A DNA stretch of 64,000 nt from Lytechinus pictus (Eukaryota), in NCBI RefSeq assembly GCF_037042905.1, contig NC_087245.1:23500001-23564000 (forward strand), in the 5' to 3' direction. Numbering within the stretch: position 1 is the first letter of the stretch; each line of letters opens with the position of its first letter. Under the pieces are notes generated by a model. The model saw only the letters and a program-made list of their open reading frames with translations. It was not told where the DNA came from and made no database searches. The position numbers and the translations under genes were made by a program. Shown here piece after piece: positions 1 to 14,555 of the stretch.

Positions 1-1781
1 CTCATTACCATTCTGCCCATGTGTTATTTTGTCTAATCTCCAATTAGACTGTTAGTAGGCCTACCCATATACAATCCACTTGGCATATACTTGGTTACAC
101 ATCCTCGTACATATGGCTAGATGAAAAGTTTATGAATCATATCTTATTTGTGTGCTATAACAAGTAGAAGATACGAAAATTATAAAATCTGGGAATTAGA
201 CTGTATAATGTATAGGTCAAATGGCAGTTTTACCAAATTATTAGCATACTAATTTGGTCATTATAGACTATATGAGAAAAACACTAAAAAAATGATTACA
301 AGTTTAAGCACGTTGCTTATGCCCGTCACTCTGAAAACTATTGTTTAACGTTTAAAACAAGTCGTTGGAAAAGTTCAAACAATACAAAAGGTTTATACAA
401 CTTGTTGGTAAAGTGTAGATCAGTTACTGCATGAAGACAAAAAACACCTTCCCCCGAAAAAAAGGGTATAGGTCTGTATCACTGTACGAAAACTACAACA
501 TACAACGAGATTGAGTGGGGCCAGAAATTCCTATGATATATGCGTTTACAATATTCAGAAGTACACATATTAAATAATACTTTTATTTTACATAAACATG
601 AGAACTAAACTTAATGTGATAAAGATGTATTTAACGAAAAAATTGGCGTTAAAGATAAATCTTATGACCGGGTTATTTCGGTGACGAGGATAAATACAAG
701 TGTACTTATCTACTTATTCGAAATCGGAATATCAGCTCTGGAGGGAACAAGGAAAGGACTGTTTACTACTTCAATCAAATGGGGTCAGAATTACATCAGT
801 AATTGCCAATGATTCAGTATTCTTTGGACAGACATTCTTACAATTTAAGAAGTGCATCCCATTTGCCTGTATATAGTTGACCCCTAAAGTTCGAACGTAT
901 TCAGCTCAAGTTTATCATGTGTTAAAACAAACTTTAATTTAGTTGATTCACACTTGACACACAAGGAAGGAATATTACGAAGATACAGAGATGCCGCGTT
1001 CTTCTCCCCATCCTGTGTGTACCTCTTTATGTGGATCATTACAGTTATTTTGAAGCTTTCCCAGTTGCAATTATTTGCATTCCACCCTACATTTATACAA
1101 AGTATCCCCGGGCATTTCCAGGGGTGGGTGGGTGGGTGACTGAAATGATTAAGAAGAAGACAAATTGATTATAAGAAATGAATTCATACCATATAAATTA
1201 AGAGAATAACATCGTCTTTAAATATTGAAATGGAAATTTCAATAAATTTATACGAGCATACTCTCGCTGCTATCTTGATCAAAGCAGGGGAACAGATGCA
1301 CACGATTAATAGTGAAAATGTGTTTTCCACGTGGGAATTCACACGAAAACATGTGGCAATGAAATCAAACTGTTTATCTAGCAAGAAAAAAAAATATCTG
1401 CCGTATATATGATTATGAGTGTTTGTTGCGAATGAGACTCTCAGCACATTATCTCGAGAAGAATTTGATATCATGATAAATTAGGAATGAGTGTTAAATG
1501 GATATGATTCAGCCAAACTGGATTTGTCTTATGACTTCAGATGATCAGATGATAGTGGTAAATATAATTATGATGACTCGGCTTGGATATTTTCTCTCAC
1601 TCTTTTTTCTTTTTGGAAGTACGATATATCTCCAAATACATTGCAAACCAGTCAGCGAGATCACCGTAAGCCTTATACTCAAATAAAATTGCATTGTTAG
1701 AAGATTAGCACGGTGCATGATTTCTTTCACCCTTTTTTTTTTATCGGTTCCCTCCTATTAAAAATTTCTTGCACTCCAAAC

Positions 1782-2002
1782 CAGTGGCGTCCGGAGGGGG
1801 GTGCTTGGGGCCACATGGACCCCCCAAAAAAAAAGAAAGAAAGAAAAGGAAAGGATGAATTGAGATATTATTCTCTAAACATTAAAGATAACATTTATCC
1901 CAAATTCAGATAATCTAACTTTCTGCTTGCTCGCTCTCAGCTTTTAAGTATTTGTGCCCCATAACACTATTTTGGACCCTACTTTTTTTCATCACGCTAC
2001 TG
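1782..2002. mobile_element. Short hAT-type MITE (degenerate)
   Basis: Termini CAGTGGCGT...ACGCTACTG; near-perfect 8-bp flanking duplication CTCCAAAC / CTCTAAAC. Confidence 0.65.
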
Positions 2003-4793
2003 CTCTAAACGAAATATTCGAATTTGTTTACATGGGCCTATGTGGTGTCCAAATGCAAATATGCTTACCACTTTGAGTGGATTCTGTTAATTATTTTTGA
2101 AATTTCATTGCGACATTTAACCAAGAAGTGAACAAAATCTAACATAATTGAAGAATGTTTTCAAAATGATGAGACTTGATTGAAGAGGGGACAAGAGGAC
2201 CTAAATTTATCCAGTGTATTATCATTAATGTTTTTTCTACTTTCTTCTTGCCTTTTCAAAACTGATTTAGCATTTTTACCTTTTAGTCACTTGAAATAAT
2301 TATTGTAAGGGGAGCGGGGGGGGGGGGGTGCCTTGTTTTTTTTTCTCGAAAATATCTTCACATTTTCCCCCTTTCTCCTCCATTTTCTTTTTCGTTTTCT
2401 TCTTAATTCATTATTAGATCAGTTTATGCATTCTTCACGGATATAATTTATTTGAAACAAACAAGAATGAAACATCAATTGAAACATCAATATTCAAATA
2501 TATTCTAGAGAATGACGCGAAAGAATTGGACAGGATTTATAACTCCAACAAACTTCGTATAGATCGGTTTGTGAAAGATTTCAGTCTTATCATCGTGTGT
2601 TATCACCGAGATCACTGCCATCTGTATCTAGGCGATTCGTATAAATGAATTCCACCTGATACATCATTATCTGTTTTGGGCAGGCAAGTTCGGAAGTACA
2701 TTGCCACAGGTTGAAATTCCCAAGGTTATTGCTAAGGTCAAAGTATGAAACCATGGTTTCAGAGGAAAACAATCATTTGTACAAAAAGAGAAATACATGC
2801 AGAAAACTGCAGTTAACAAAGGCATCTTTGTATATTGAAGGTGGGGCATGCGGAAGAGGTGGAAATCAGGAGTTGGGAGTTTGATCTATCAACAACAAAA
2901 AAGTTGCGAGCGAGCAAAAAAAAAATCGCTTTTATTACAAATATCAATTTTTTCTATATATTTAGACTCAATATTCAGAAAATTATATTATAATTCACCC
3001 TTTTGTCTCTCCCGTGATTTTTTTTTTTTTGGGGGGGGGGGCAAGTGCATCCCAAGCAACCCCATCTGTACGTCACTGCTTCTTGACCATAACGCATCAA
3101 GAGAGGAGGTTTGATGCCCTCATCGTAGGTCTCCACACATGAAATTTTCAAATAATTTGAACTATATGCGAGCGCGAGCTGAATTTTGAAAAAAAAAGAG
3201 GATATTGCAATCACCGTTTGAAGGTTTCAGTTATCATAAATTCTGAAAAATGGGTACTTGATATTATATAGGTGAAACGATTTTCATCGGAAAGAATGCA
3301 AATAAGGTTATAGCAACCGTTTTTATCATAACGAAATTTCAACCGACCATGAATTTCAGGGACGTGGTCCCTTAACATGCTTCAGGCGTACAGATGTAAT
3401 GATTGGGGCGCCCCCTCAAAACTGTTGGCTCATTGCGCCACTGCATGTGCCCCCCCCCCCCGCTACGTGCCTAAGAAGACTGAAGAATAATAATTTTCTT
3501 TTTAAATATAATTATATCTCTTTATTTTCATACAGGGTAAAACTCATCAACTCTCTTGGAACTAAAAATGCAGATGACAAATGCATCTAAACTATAGACA
3601 GCCGTATTGTAAATCATGTAAGCCATCGTGAACTCTCTCCATTCAAGTCTTTTCATAAACATAAAATTTTGATAGATGCAACATCTTTATAAAATAACTT
3701 TATTTTTTCAGAAAAGAGCACATGGGAGTAAACGAAAATAATAGGTGACGAGTCTCCACTCTGTCGACGCCCACGTAACTCAAAGCAGTTACTGTTTGGT
3801 AACTCTGAGCAGTTTGGTAATAGTCAATGATCGCGAATTTGTATTTCTAATTTCCCTCACTCTCCGAATGAAATTACTTGTTAGAGTTTTCAATTTTATT
3901 CAGGTTCGGAGTACTTTCAAGAGAACCCGTTGGTCAGTGTAAACTTTAAACAAGGAAGAATGATTCACATCCTGGAAATTCTAGTTGGTCAGTCTGGTCG
4001 GTATAAATAGGAAGACTTGTATTTTGACAAACTTAATTTTTGTATTTTCTGGGCGCAGCTGCAAAACGTGTTGACAAAACCACAGGTGCTACGATTGGAT
4101 CATAACTAAGATCAGGGTGTACTACTTGAGTTGATGAATAGAAATACAAGAGATTTGTTTCACAATCCACAACTTTAGACCAAAGTTTGAATTAAACCCG
4201 ACTTCAGAATACGGGCTATATAGTAAGTAAATAATGATGCATGATTTTTACTTATTTACATCGTATAATTATTCCGTTCATTTTATGAAACAGTGCAAGG
4301 CAATTTTGGTTGCTGTTCTTGTTGTTAAATCGAATGTCAACGAAAAATGGTCAGTGCGCAGGCAACCCCAATTCCGCTAAACAAAATTGATTAGCTCTCT
4401 GCCCACCCCCCCCCCCCCCCTCTTTATGAAATCCTGGACCTGTCTGGCCGGCGGCCGCCCCTGTGCCTCGATCGATATATCCAAAAACAGCATCATGTAC
4501 ATCATTTAATCCTATATTTTTCATAAGCCGTCAGTGGTCCCACTCCAAGGTTTGTCATCCGACAGTGCCCGTGGCTGATTTCAGGCACCCCAACGTTTGC
4601 ATCCAATTATCGCCTTGACAAGAAAGCGAATGATGCGAGCCCAAGTAAGAAAGTTGACACTCATCACAACCAGCGGCGATTTGGGCAAATCTAAGTTCAG
4701 CCATGATGCCTTGGAACCCCAAAATGGGGTCAGAGGTTTAAACCAACGGTTATAGATGTTTCTAGGGGATAATACCAATCCCTTTCAAATATA

Positions 4794-4835
<42 letters not shown>

Positions 4836-4884
4836 CGTAAATAAATCAAGCATTAACGCTAGACGTAGCTTCCAAGTATCTCTT

Positions 4885-4930
4885 TTATTGCGAGCTTTCG
4901 GCCAGTGGGGCCTTCATCAGGCCTATAATG
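4885..4930 (-). ncRNA. Minimal type I hammerhead ribozyme motif
   Basis: Minus strand reads UUAUAGGC-CUGAUGA-A-GGCC-CCACU-GGCC-GAA-AGCU-C-GCAAUAA. This has the CUGAUGA and GAAA cores, a 4-bp stem II, a palindromic AGCU stem III, a UC cleavage site and an imperfect stem I. Confidence 0.75.
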
Positions 4931-5008
4931 CATTGAAACAAACAAAATAGAACAAAACCATACAAATAAAATCGTAATAACAACAAAGTAAATAATGTGT
5001 AACAAAGG

Positions 5009-5229
5009 GTACAGAACAGAAGGATTACACTAAGATAACAAAAAATAACAACAGAGGGGGTTGAGTACAGAACAGAAGGGTTACAGTAAGATAACAAAAA
5101 ATAACAACAGAGGGGGTTGAGTACAGAACAGAAGGGTTACAGTAAGATAACAAAAAATAACAACAGAGGGGGTTGAGTACAGAACAGAAGGGTTACAGTA
5201 AGATAACAAAAAATAACAACAGAGGGGGT
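5009..5229. repeat. 56-bp tandem repeat, ~4 copies
   Basis: GTACAGAACAGAAGG...AGAGGGGGTTGA units start at 5009, 5065, 5121 and 5177. Confidence 0.95.
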
Positions 5230-5305
5230 AATGGCTTAAACAAGATGGTGGAATACAATAGAACCGATTGGGAAACTTAAGTGTGTGGAAAGACAAGGTA
5301 TTTAC

Positions 5306-5357
<52 letters not shown>

Positions 5358-6643
5358 GAATTTGCCATTGGTCTATCATCTCCCCCACCCCCACCTCCCA
5401 CAAAAAAGATGGAAATCACTGACTTCAACATCCCCCAAGTTACGACCCATTTACAAATACATATCTCTGTGGGCCCACTCGACAGCAACAAACATGACAA
5501 ATCCATATAAACACACACCCTCACATCAACACCCCTTTTTAAAAGGACAGTCATCGAGAAATCTTAATCTCATAAACTTTTAAAAAGTTTCCGAGATTGG
5601 ATATCCCAAGCCGCATCCCCCCCCCCCCTTGTCGTGCTGCCCTACTGATATGTTTGTTTTGCTTTGTATTTTTTGTATTGTTTTATTTTTTTTGTTTTGA
5701 TTTGTATTCTTTTGTTTTGTTTTATATATTTTTTTTATTGTTTTTTTTTTGTTTTTGTTTTGTTTCGCTGTTCTTGATTTTTTTTTTTTTTTTGGGGGGG
5801 GGGGGGAGTTAAGGTGACTCTCACGGAGTTCTGGCTCGAGAAAAAGGAAATTCAGAAACTTAGTCAGAAACTACAAAACTCCGACATACGTTTTTTGTTT
5901 GGGAATTTAGCGAGTCATTGACTAGCTCGAGGATATGCATTATCAAGCTCCATGTTGATCCATGACCTTTGACCCGGATATTGTTCTGGAAATATTAACG
6001 TCACCAGGGAATTTTGAAAAAAAAATATGAAAGATTATAAATCGGTTATCTATACCCCGAATCCTCTGATAAGAAATGATGTAAAGCTAACCTAGTCAAA
6101 GGAGCTCCGCGGTCACCGTCGGCATGGACTGAAATGTCGTGCGTGTTATCTTTTTTTTTATTATAGGATTAATGATAGTAGTTATGTTGACCCTTTTGAG
6201 AAATTAATCAGCGCCCCATCTTATAAAGAGATTTAATGAGAAGAGAAATGATGCCTTTATTTTCTTTCGTTTTTATCGAGCAACAACTAGGCCTATATGA
6301 ACAGTTAAATAACAAATTTCAATTTTTGCATTTTTGAAGAGAAAAGAAAAAAAAAATCATTCAGTACAATGAAATAAAGTGTGCTTTCCAAGTATACCAA
6401 CTATACTTCAGTTTTTGAATATCGAAATCCTTCCCCTTGAATAGCGAATCGTATTTTGTTTCGGAAGTGTACCAATTACCCTTCTGAATACCGAACCTTG
6501 TTTTATTTTCGGAGTGACAAATCTTTTTTAATCTATTTGAATTCATTTCCATTAAAAAAGCACGTAACAATTCCAATAATAATACGTGTGAAATTAACAA
6601 AATAAAAACGTGAGCATAAACCTACTCCGCAGTACCGATCATA

Positions 6644-6883
6644 CACTCTTAAAATAGTTGGGCAAAAAATGTCAAACTTTTAACCAACCCTGGGCAACAT
6701 ACTGTCCACTCAACTATTGGTTAAAATCTATCCAAATTGGGTAATAAAAACCAACAATTGGGTAATACATTTGCTCAATTTTATAATGATTGCCCAGAAT
6801 ACATATGTATTGTATATATTTTACCAAAATACATTACTCAACACAGTGGACAGTATGTTGCCCAAAATGTTATTTGTGTAGTG
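6644..6883. mobile_element. Small palindromic CACT-terminated MITE (degenerate)
   Basis: CACTCTTAAAATAGTTGGGCAA... pairs with ...TTGCCCAAAATGTTATTTGTGTAGTG; internal GGGCAACATACTGTCCACT / AGTGGACAGTATGTTGCCC inverted repeat. Confidence 0.6.
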
Positions 6884-6998
6884 CTGCTGGTCTCTCGAGG
6901 GCTCCTCATAATGAACCCTATCATGCCTATAGGGGTACTAAACCTTCCGATCGGAAGTATGTTGCCCAAACTTGAAACTTTCAATTCAAGTCAATTAA

Positions 6999-7453
6999 AG
7001 GGGAAGTTACCCTGACAAAAGTTTCTTGTAAAAATAGCAGAAAAATAAAAAAATATATATTGCCGAAGTTTTGAGAAAAATCCATCAAAGAAAAAAAAAG
7101 TTAATTAGAATTTTGATTATTTTATTTGTGACGTCATAATATGCGAGCAACTTTTCTACAAATTGTATGGTTAAAAATCAATTAAACGTCATTTTCTTAG
7201 AAAACTGAAAATGGCTTTTACTGCGCCTTATGGATATTAATGAACAAATCATTTCACACCTGTTCCTAACAAGAAAACAAAAATAAGTCTTCAAGAGCCA
7301 TAAAAAAAATGAAAATCATTCATTATATATTTCATAACATATGTATGGGGCAGCTGCTTGTTTATGACGTCACAAATCCTTCGTAAACGGATTTTCCTAA
7401 TTTTTTTCTCTGCTATTTTTACAAGAAACTTTTCTTCAGGGTGAACTTCCCAA
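6999..7453. mobile_element. Kolobok-type MITE (TTAA target)
   Basis: TTAA|AGGGGAAGTTACCCTGAC ... TCAGGGTGAACTTCCCAA|TTAA, with extended subterminal inverted repeats (AAGTTTCTTGTAAAAATAGCAGA / TCTGCTATTTTTACAAGAAACTT). Confidence 0.7.
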
Positions 7454-7786
7454 TTAAATTCTTTATTTCATTTCATAGAAACAAATAATACAAAGTAATA
7501 TAAATCAGATATAGAGAAGCAGCATAAAATAGAATATCTGGAAAATGAAGGGGTCAGCTAACAATGCTTCTAAGATATGGATCCCCCTGGAAAATACACT
7601 CTAAAAATAAAGTGCTAATTTAGCACTCAAGAAGCTTGTATATTGACTGCACTTCTTAGTGCTGATTTAGTAATTCAAATTTGAGTTAAATAATCCCTAC
7701 ACCTAAGTGAAGTCACTAAACAAGCTCTATAAGAGCTACATTAGCACTTCTGTTCATTATTTTTGATGTATACAAATAATTGGGTA

Positions 7787-8018
7787 CACTGTAAAAACTG
7801 TGGTGTTAAAACTGACACCATTTGGTGTTGATAGAGGACCACACCCTGAGGTGTTAAAATTACATCCTAGAGATTTAACATAACACCAGAGAGTGTAACT
7901 GTTAAACCAAATGTATTGTATAACACCTACAGGTGTTAAACTAACACTGATAACACCAGTGTAAAATAACTGGTGTGGTCCTCTATGTACACCGGTTAAC
8001 ACCACAGTTTTTGCTGTG
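7787..8018. mobile_element. Palindromic MITE with CACTG termini and AACACC subrepeats
   Basis: TA|CACTGTAAAAACTGTGGTGTTAA ... TTAACACCACAGTTTTTGCTGTG|TA. Confidence 0.7.
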
Positions 8019-11000
8019 TATACTTAATGTGATAACTTTCTTTTTACATGTTTTAAGGGTTGAACATTATAAAAGTTTGCAGTGTATAATATGCTATTTC
8101 GCTTGTAAAACGATTAGATGTTTCCGAAGGGAAATGAAACGTAATCCCAAGAGAGCCCAAGCTTCTAGATCACTTTAGATATTACAAATTTTCAAACAAA
8201 TTTTGATGTCATGATTTCATAAGGCTGCTGGCACAGAATAGCAGTTTGGAAAGTTTGAGGTACTTTAGTAGCAGCTGTGAATAAAATCATGCTGGCCAAT
8301 ATCCAGGGGAGGGGGCGGGGGACTTATCGATCATTCGGTGTAAAGAAACACCAACAATAAGAAAAAGGGCACTTCTTGAAGAAAAGCTGCGCGAAAAGGA
8401 GGGGGAAAAGAATGATTTTCTCATATGTATCGTTCATCATGTTCATGTAACATTTTTCCAATACTGGTCTTTATTTTGTGCGATCTAAAATTCCTTGATT
8501 AGGAGGCTTATGTTCGAAAGTTTATCCTGTTTAGCTGGTAGATAGAATGAAGAGAGTATTATTTGACAAATGAAATTATGAATTTCTTTGCGTGTACAAC
8601 GAAATTACATTGATTACCCCATGAAAAACAAAAGCATATCAATGTGCTTGGTTTTATCTGCAAGTGCTTACAATCTGCATTTGCAGGGATACATTTTTGC
8701 TGTAGCTCTGAGTCGACTGATCAGTTACGTTCAGTGCCAACATTTTGCTCCTCCCCCCTCCTTTTTTATTTTTTTTAATTTTTTTTTTAAATTTGCTTTT
8801 AGAAAAACAAGTGACAAATTTCAAATTTTCCATCTGCAGCCTTGTCTGGGAAATATCAATACCACATTTTCCACAGCCTTTGTTAATTTTTACGGAGAAG
8901 AAGGGTCAGTTGCACTATTGTCCTGTCGTCGATCTGGGGCCTCTTCCAGCTTTCCTTTCAAGTCATACCATTAATTTAGTCATGTTCAGGAGGGGTAGTT
9001 CATTTTGCAAGGCGCGAAAATGCCCTTGACCCTAGCAATCGTCTGCTTTGCGCCCTTCCTGTTTGACCGGTGGTAGAAAATTAAAATCATATCAGTCCAG
9101 GGTATAGTGAATGAAACCAGTATGAGGTCTGGAAGGCCAGTATATTAGTATTCTAACAAAAGGTTTCTTTTACCCAGCTGGCGACATTCCGGACATCAGG
9201 GAGGCCGTTGACCATTGCTGACCGGGTCACTCATCACTTACTTCCTCTGACAAACGTCTTTCATCACCTCTCTGTCCGGCCAATCTTAAGACAGTGATCG
9301 AACCAATGGTCACCCCAAAACAATACTTTCTGGTGGCATCAATACTCGAACCCGGGACTCGAACATACACAAAAAAAAAAAAAAATACCATCATACCCGT
9401 TGCAGTCCATTTGTGATGCCATTATTATGTTTTTCTGCACCTCTTAAGAAAATATGAAATAGAAATCTGAACTTTGCGCTTTAGAGGGAAAAGTCCAGGA
9501 AAAGATCGAAATAAAGAATGACCAAAGGGGTCCTTGGGTTAGTTTGTCGTCAGTAAGTGCTCCCACATGTCTAAACAAAATTGCGTAGGAGGCATGCAAT
9601 TTTTTAATTTTCTTTCTTTTCCCTTTTCCGGGCCCTTTTCAATCCAAAGTAGTGAACCTATATGAAGTCCAGTACACTTCCTTCATTTGTAAGAAAAAGC
9701 GAAAATGCTTAGCAATAGTTGAAATTGTACATCATAAGAGAATCCGAGGGGGGGGGGGGCGCAGCTTCTCCCTTATCGCCCTCCATTTGCAGCGCCAAAA
9801 AAGAGGGAATATGGGAAAGAATAGAAAATGAAGGGGGGGGGACATGAATAGTGGGATATGAATCCTCTTCATTAGTCTCTACCGCAAACATTCCATAAAA
9901 TATTCCCTTTCGGGTCTGTGTATCAACACATTTTCAGCTCGCGATTTGCGTTCGTATATATTAATTTATTGTTTTGTGAGATAAGTATTCTGTTGTGCTT
10001 TTTCAGCTGGCGCTTCGCACTCCTTTTATTTGTTGGTTATGTAATTATCATCTTCATGAATACCTGCAAACAGTCGTTAGAATTCCACTTAATAAATTAA
10101 TTATTTGGTTAGAAGCACATCTTGTGATGACAAAAAGCGCCTAAGACCATTCGGCCAAGGCACATTCACAGAATATACAATAAGGTGGGTGGGGCTCTAC
10201 GTGATTGCAAGCATATTCTTGGACATATTCCTCGTTTCATAAGAGTTCATGAAAGAAGTTAATAATGATGGCTTTCTTACTCCACCCCCACCAAATTCAA
10301 CTGTTCCCATGTAACCTATATTCTGATCTCTGACATCTCAAAGGAGAACAGGGAAAAATATTCCACCAGGTAGGAGAAAATGAAAGGTAAAGTTTAAAGG
10401 GCAATGGTATGAGGCAGTATTGATTTTGGACAAAACTTCTACAAGTTCAATTAATGTTCAAGACAGATCGCGGATAAATCGATCCGCAAAATGTCGAGCA
10501 AATAACATAGCAATGAGATTTATGAAATAACATGTCTGTGAAAGCCTACCCCTCTACTACAGTATATCATGGCTTTACATTCGTTTACTGTCCTATTTTA
10601 CATAATAAACATTATTATTATTCCTTTTTGTTACAAAACATTTATTGTACAGTCCATATTATATCAATGATACATTTGATTGAAACGAAAATATTTGAAG
10701 ACGGGGGCATTTAGAGTTCATTTTTTGTAGTATCTTCCTTTATCTATCCATGTACAATTAAAAGTTTAAAAAGTTTTAATGTTATGTATTCTTTCTTCAT
10801 CAAAAAATATCCCATTGATAGGGCCGAAATAATATTTCACAACATTTCTTTTTACGAATTCAATGAAAATATAGGTATATGAAGGAAGGTAGGCCCTATT
10901 CGAAATTGTTTCTGGTTGTTAAGATGGCTAGACTGTGGTATCAACCTTTTATTACAATACCGAGCTAATGGTCGGAAACCAATCTATTTTAAAACCTACG

Positions 11001-11433
11001 CTTCCCTTACAATGACTTTTAAGAAAGGATGAAGATTTCATACAAAAACAAGAATTTCCTGTCTTCTTTACTTTCAACAGGAGCTTTCCGTTGTAAATAT
11101 TTTTATTGGAATGCATAACCTCATCGACAAAGATAATGGAAATGTAAATGAATAGAAAACTGGTAGAGAATATGATTATAATAAATCGTATTTGTGTCTC
11201 CCTGTCCCATATCAAAGAAAAAGAAAGGTCCTTTCTTAATTTTTATTTGATATTGTTTTTTTTTTTTTATCTCTGATGTTAAATGAAATAACGAAGTAAG
11301 TTGAGGTCAGTTAAAGGTACGTATGATTAAGATAACGAGTAATTATAGTCAGATAGTTGATATTGCTGCATTCGTTTAACCATAATCATTCAATACTTCA
11401 CCGAACAACAGTAATTTATTCCATGATCTGCGT

Positions 11434-11710
11434 CAGTGGCAGATCCAGGGGGGGGGGGCACAACCGGCCCGTACCCCCCCCCCCCTTCGAGAGCCATAAT
11501 CAAAATTTGTAATGTAAAAATACCGATTTTACCCACGTGTGTCCCCTTTTAAAAGTGAGAACCCTTTTTTTAATTTTTCTTTGTTTGTCAAATTTTCCGC
11601 GGACGAAATGACCTTCGATTTTAGGTGAAAACTTTTTTTCCTTGTCAATTTTTCATCGGGAAAATGTGTCCCCCCCCCCCCCCCCTTGGAAAATCCTGGA
11701 TCCGCCCCTG
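11434..11710. mobile_element. hAT-type MITE
   Basis: CAGTGGCAGATCCAGG...CCTGGATCCGCCCCTG termini; perfect 8-bp TSD ATCTGCGT. Confidence 0.85.
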
Positions 11711-12340
11711 ATCTGCGTCTTGGAATGATCCCTTTAAAAAGAGGAATAGTCATAAACGAAGCTTTAGGGTGTTAATCTGATAGCCATGGTTTAGTTAATC
11801 CTGGGTTAACATGGTTAACTTAGACCACGAAGTGCTAGTTGTCAACTCACCAACTCACTCTCCAATTTTGTTTTCTTATCCTGCTGCAAAAGGTTGACAA
11901 ATATAATATTAAGACGTAAAACGGGAAGAGTAGGAAAATCCAAAAATATTATGAATTTTAATGCATTAATTGATACATTATAAAAAAATAACCACGAAAA
12001 ATGGAAGAAACCTTATGAAGCCCAAAATTCGATAGAAGTAAGTATTATAATTCGAATTTAGGCTAGGGTTTCACCTAGGTTTAATCATCAGAATACCGCC
12101 ATAAAAGTTTATTGTTTTTCAGTATGCAGATTGTATCTAATGAAGCGTGAATTGTGGAAACCCCGGGAAGGAAATGGTAAATTTTGGAAACATCAAATGA
12201 AATATTGAAATCATTAATAACCACTTGTTTTTCGAAGATCCTGCTTTCCCCTGGTATAATTTCATTTTATTTTTTTCTTATGTAGAGTTTAAAAAGTGAA
12301 TTGTTAGGAATTTCCTGGTTTGATAGCACACTTCAATAGT

Positions 12341-13797
12341 CAGTGGCGTAACTACGGGGGGGCATGGGGGGGGCACGTGCCCCCCCCCCCAATCGGCTGG
12401 CAAAAAAAAAAAAAAAAAACGGGAGAAAAGGGAGAAAAAGAGGGAGAAGAATTTATTGTACATTATAATGTTATATTATATTATATGTTGTGTTATATTA
12501 CATAAGAATAATTTTTTTTCATTACTTTATGAAACATAATGTGCTCAGGGCCTATTTGTTCATTATTCCTGGTACTAGCATTGTCTGTTTAACGAGATAT
12601 ACATGTACAATCATGTTGTACCAAAACGTCCTGTTTTCAAGTCAATATGCACCAAATATATATCATCGCACTTCAAGTTATTATTGTTTTATGTAGTGAC
12701 ATATGCTTCTTTTCATGACTACTTAAAGTGATAGCCCCATTTTAAGGTCTGTATATAAAAAAAATCCTTGTTCGTGTTCGTGCTTACGTTCGAATTAGTG
12801 GATTGATGAGATTTGTCTGCTCTTCATGAATTCCCTGAAATCGTTTCTTAAAATGTCTCTTTTTCTAATGTAAATATCAAAAATTTTCAGCTCGCGCTTC
12901 GCGCTCGCATCATTTGTTTAGTGAAATACGTATGGTCATAGTAGATTCCTACAAACAAGCCTTAGAATGCCCCTCTTCAGATCTGAATTTCCTATATTTT
13001 CAGCTCGCACTTTGCGCTACTGAGATGCGTATGATAATCATGATTACTATGACTACAAAAAGCTCTTCATGTGTTTGAATGTGATTCTAACAAAATCAGC
13101 AATCGCTTGGCACTCGCATTGGATGACTATGGTGAGATATGTATACTCTTAATGGATTAAAAAAAAGAAATAGTCCTTAAAATGTCCCTGTTTGGGGTCA
13201 ATATATACAAAAATTTTCAGCTCGCGCTTCGCGCTCGCATCATTTTGTACGTGAAGTACGTATGGTCTTCATAAATTCCTACAAACAAGCCTTAGAATGC
13301 TTCTCTTCAGGTCTGAATTTCCTAAATTTTTAGCTCGCGCTTTGCGCTCGCAATATTTGAATAGTGAGATGCGTATTCTAATCATGATTACAATGACTAC
13401 AAAAGGTGTTTCATGTTTTCTAACAAAATCAGCAAACGCTTGGCACTCAAATTAGATGAGTATGGTGAGATATGTATTCTCTTATTTGATTTCTAAAAGA
13501 TAATCCTTAAACTGTCTCTGTTTGGGGTCAATAAATACAAAAATTTCAGCTTATTTAATAGCTTATTTTGACCCTTTTTAGGTATGAATTTCAAAAATTT
13601 TCAGCTCGCGCTTCGCGCTCGCATCATTTGATCAATGAGATACATTACATATCCGTTTAATGGCACAGTCCTTAAAATGTCTCTATATAAGGTCAATAGG
13701 CCTATAGCTGGTAATTGAGCGCGCTTTGCGCGCTCACTGAGCGACTCAAAATTTTTGCTGGTGCCCCCCCAATGCCGTGACCCACGGTACGCCACTG
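12341..13797. mobile_element. Non-autonomous hAT-type element with internal subrepeats
   Basis: CAGTGGCGTA...TACGCCACTG TIRs; perfect 8-bp TSD TCAATAGT; repeated CAGCTCGCGCTTCGCGCTCGCA modules; same family as 17401-18485. Confidence 0.9.
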
Positions 13798-14313
13798 TCA
13801 ATAGTGTTCTACATCTTAAGCCCATTTGTTTCGTGTTGGATGGCAGATGATATATATATATAATCAATTGTTATTAATTGCTTCCATTTCGTTACGTAAC
13901 ACATAAAATCATCATGATCATTTGATCTGGTGTCTTCATTTCAAAGGCAAAATCGAAAGTTTCCATCGAGACTTATCAACGACGATGATTTTTATTTTTT
14001 GGAGGGAGTTGGGGATGAACCACTCCTCCCCCAAAAAATCGTCCAAGCGCCCACCCCCACAAAATGACCAAAAAGAAAGAATAAAAAACATATGCTAGGC
14101 CATGTAATTTTACAGGGCATGCAGCGATCCTGTGTCATGTTCTCTTGCAGCCGATCTGCGTGCTGAGTATCCCATTCACATGATTCAGTAAAGTTCACTA
14201 ATGAATTGCTCCAAATGCTAGAGTTCACTTCGAAAATTTTCTCCTCATTCACCACATTCCCTTGTATTTTTAAGGGGGTTGGTACCACAATTGACATTAT
14301 TAAATACCTTATA

Positions 14314-14555
14314 CACTGCAAAAACTCCGGTGTTGATTTAACACCAGCCTGGAATCTATATATGTCCACACCAGAGAAGTGTTACACAACACCAGTATCG
14401 TTATGGTCTAACACCAGATAGGTGCTTATACAACACCAATAAGTATTCAAACAGCATCGGTTTGATTCCAAACTGGTGTTGTTTCAATACTTCTCTGGTG
14501 TGGACATATATATATTCCGGGCTGGTGTTGATTCAACACCGGAGTTTTTGCAGTG
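14314..14555. mobile_element. Palindromic MITE with CACTG termini
   Basis: CACTGCAAAAACTCCGGTGTTGA ... TCAACACCGGAGTTTTTGCAGTG perfect TIRs; related to 7787-8018. Confidence 0.8.

Larger units (their letters stand above)
4834..5312 (-). mobile_element. Penelope-like element terminal-repeat fragment inserted in a (TA)n tract
   Basis: Bounded on both sides by (TA)n (~4789-4833 and ~5313-5355). Contains a hammerhead core followed by AATAAA on the minus strand and a 56-bp tandem repeat. No RT or GIY-YIG ORF is visible. Confidence 0.55.

Noticed and set aside
5640..5810. Hydrophobic Phe-rich ORF
   Set aside because: T-rich low-complexity sequence.
9170..9370. Possible SINE (CTCGAACCCGGG B-box-like motif)
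   Set aside because: No A-box, tail or TSD could be identified.
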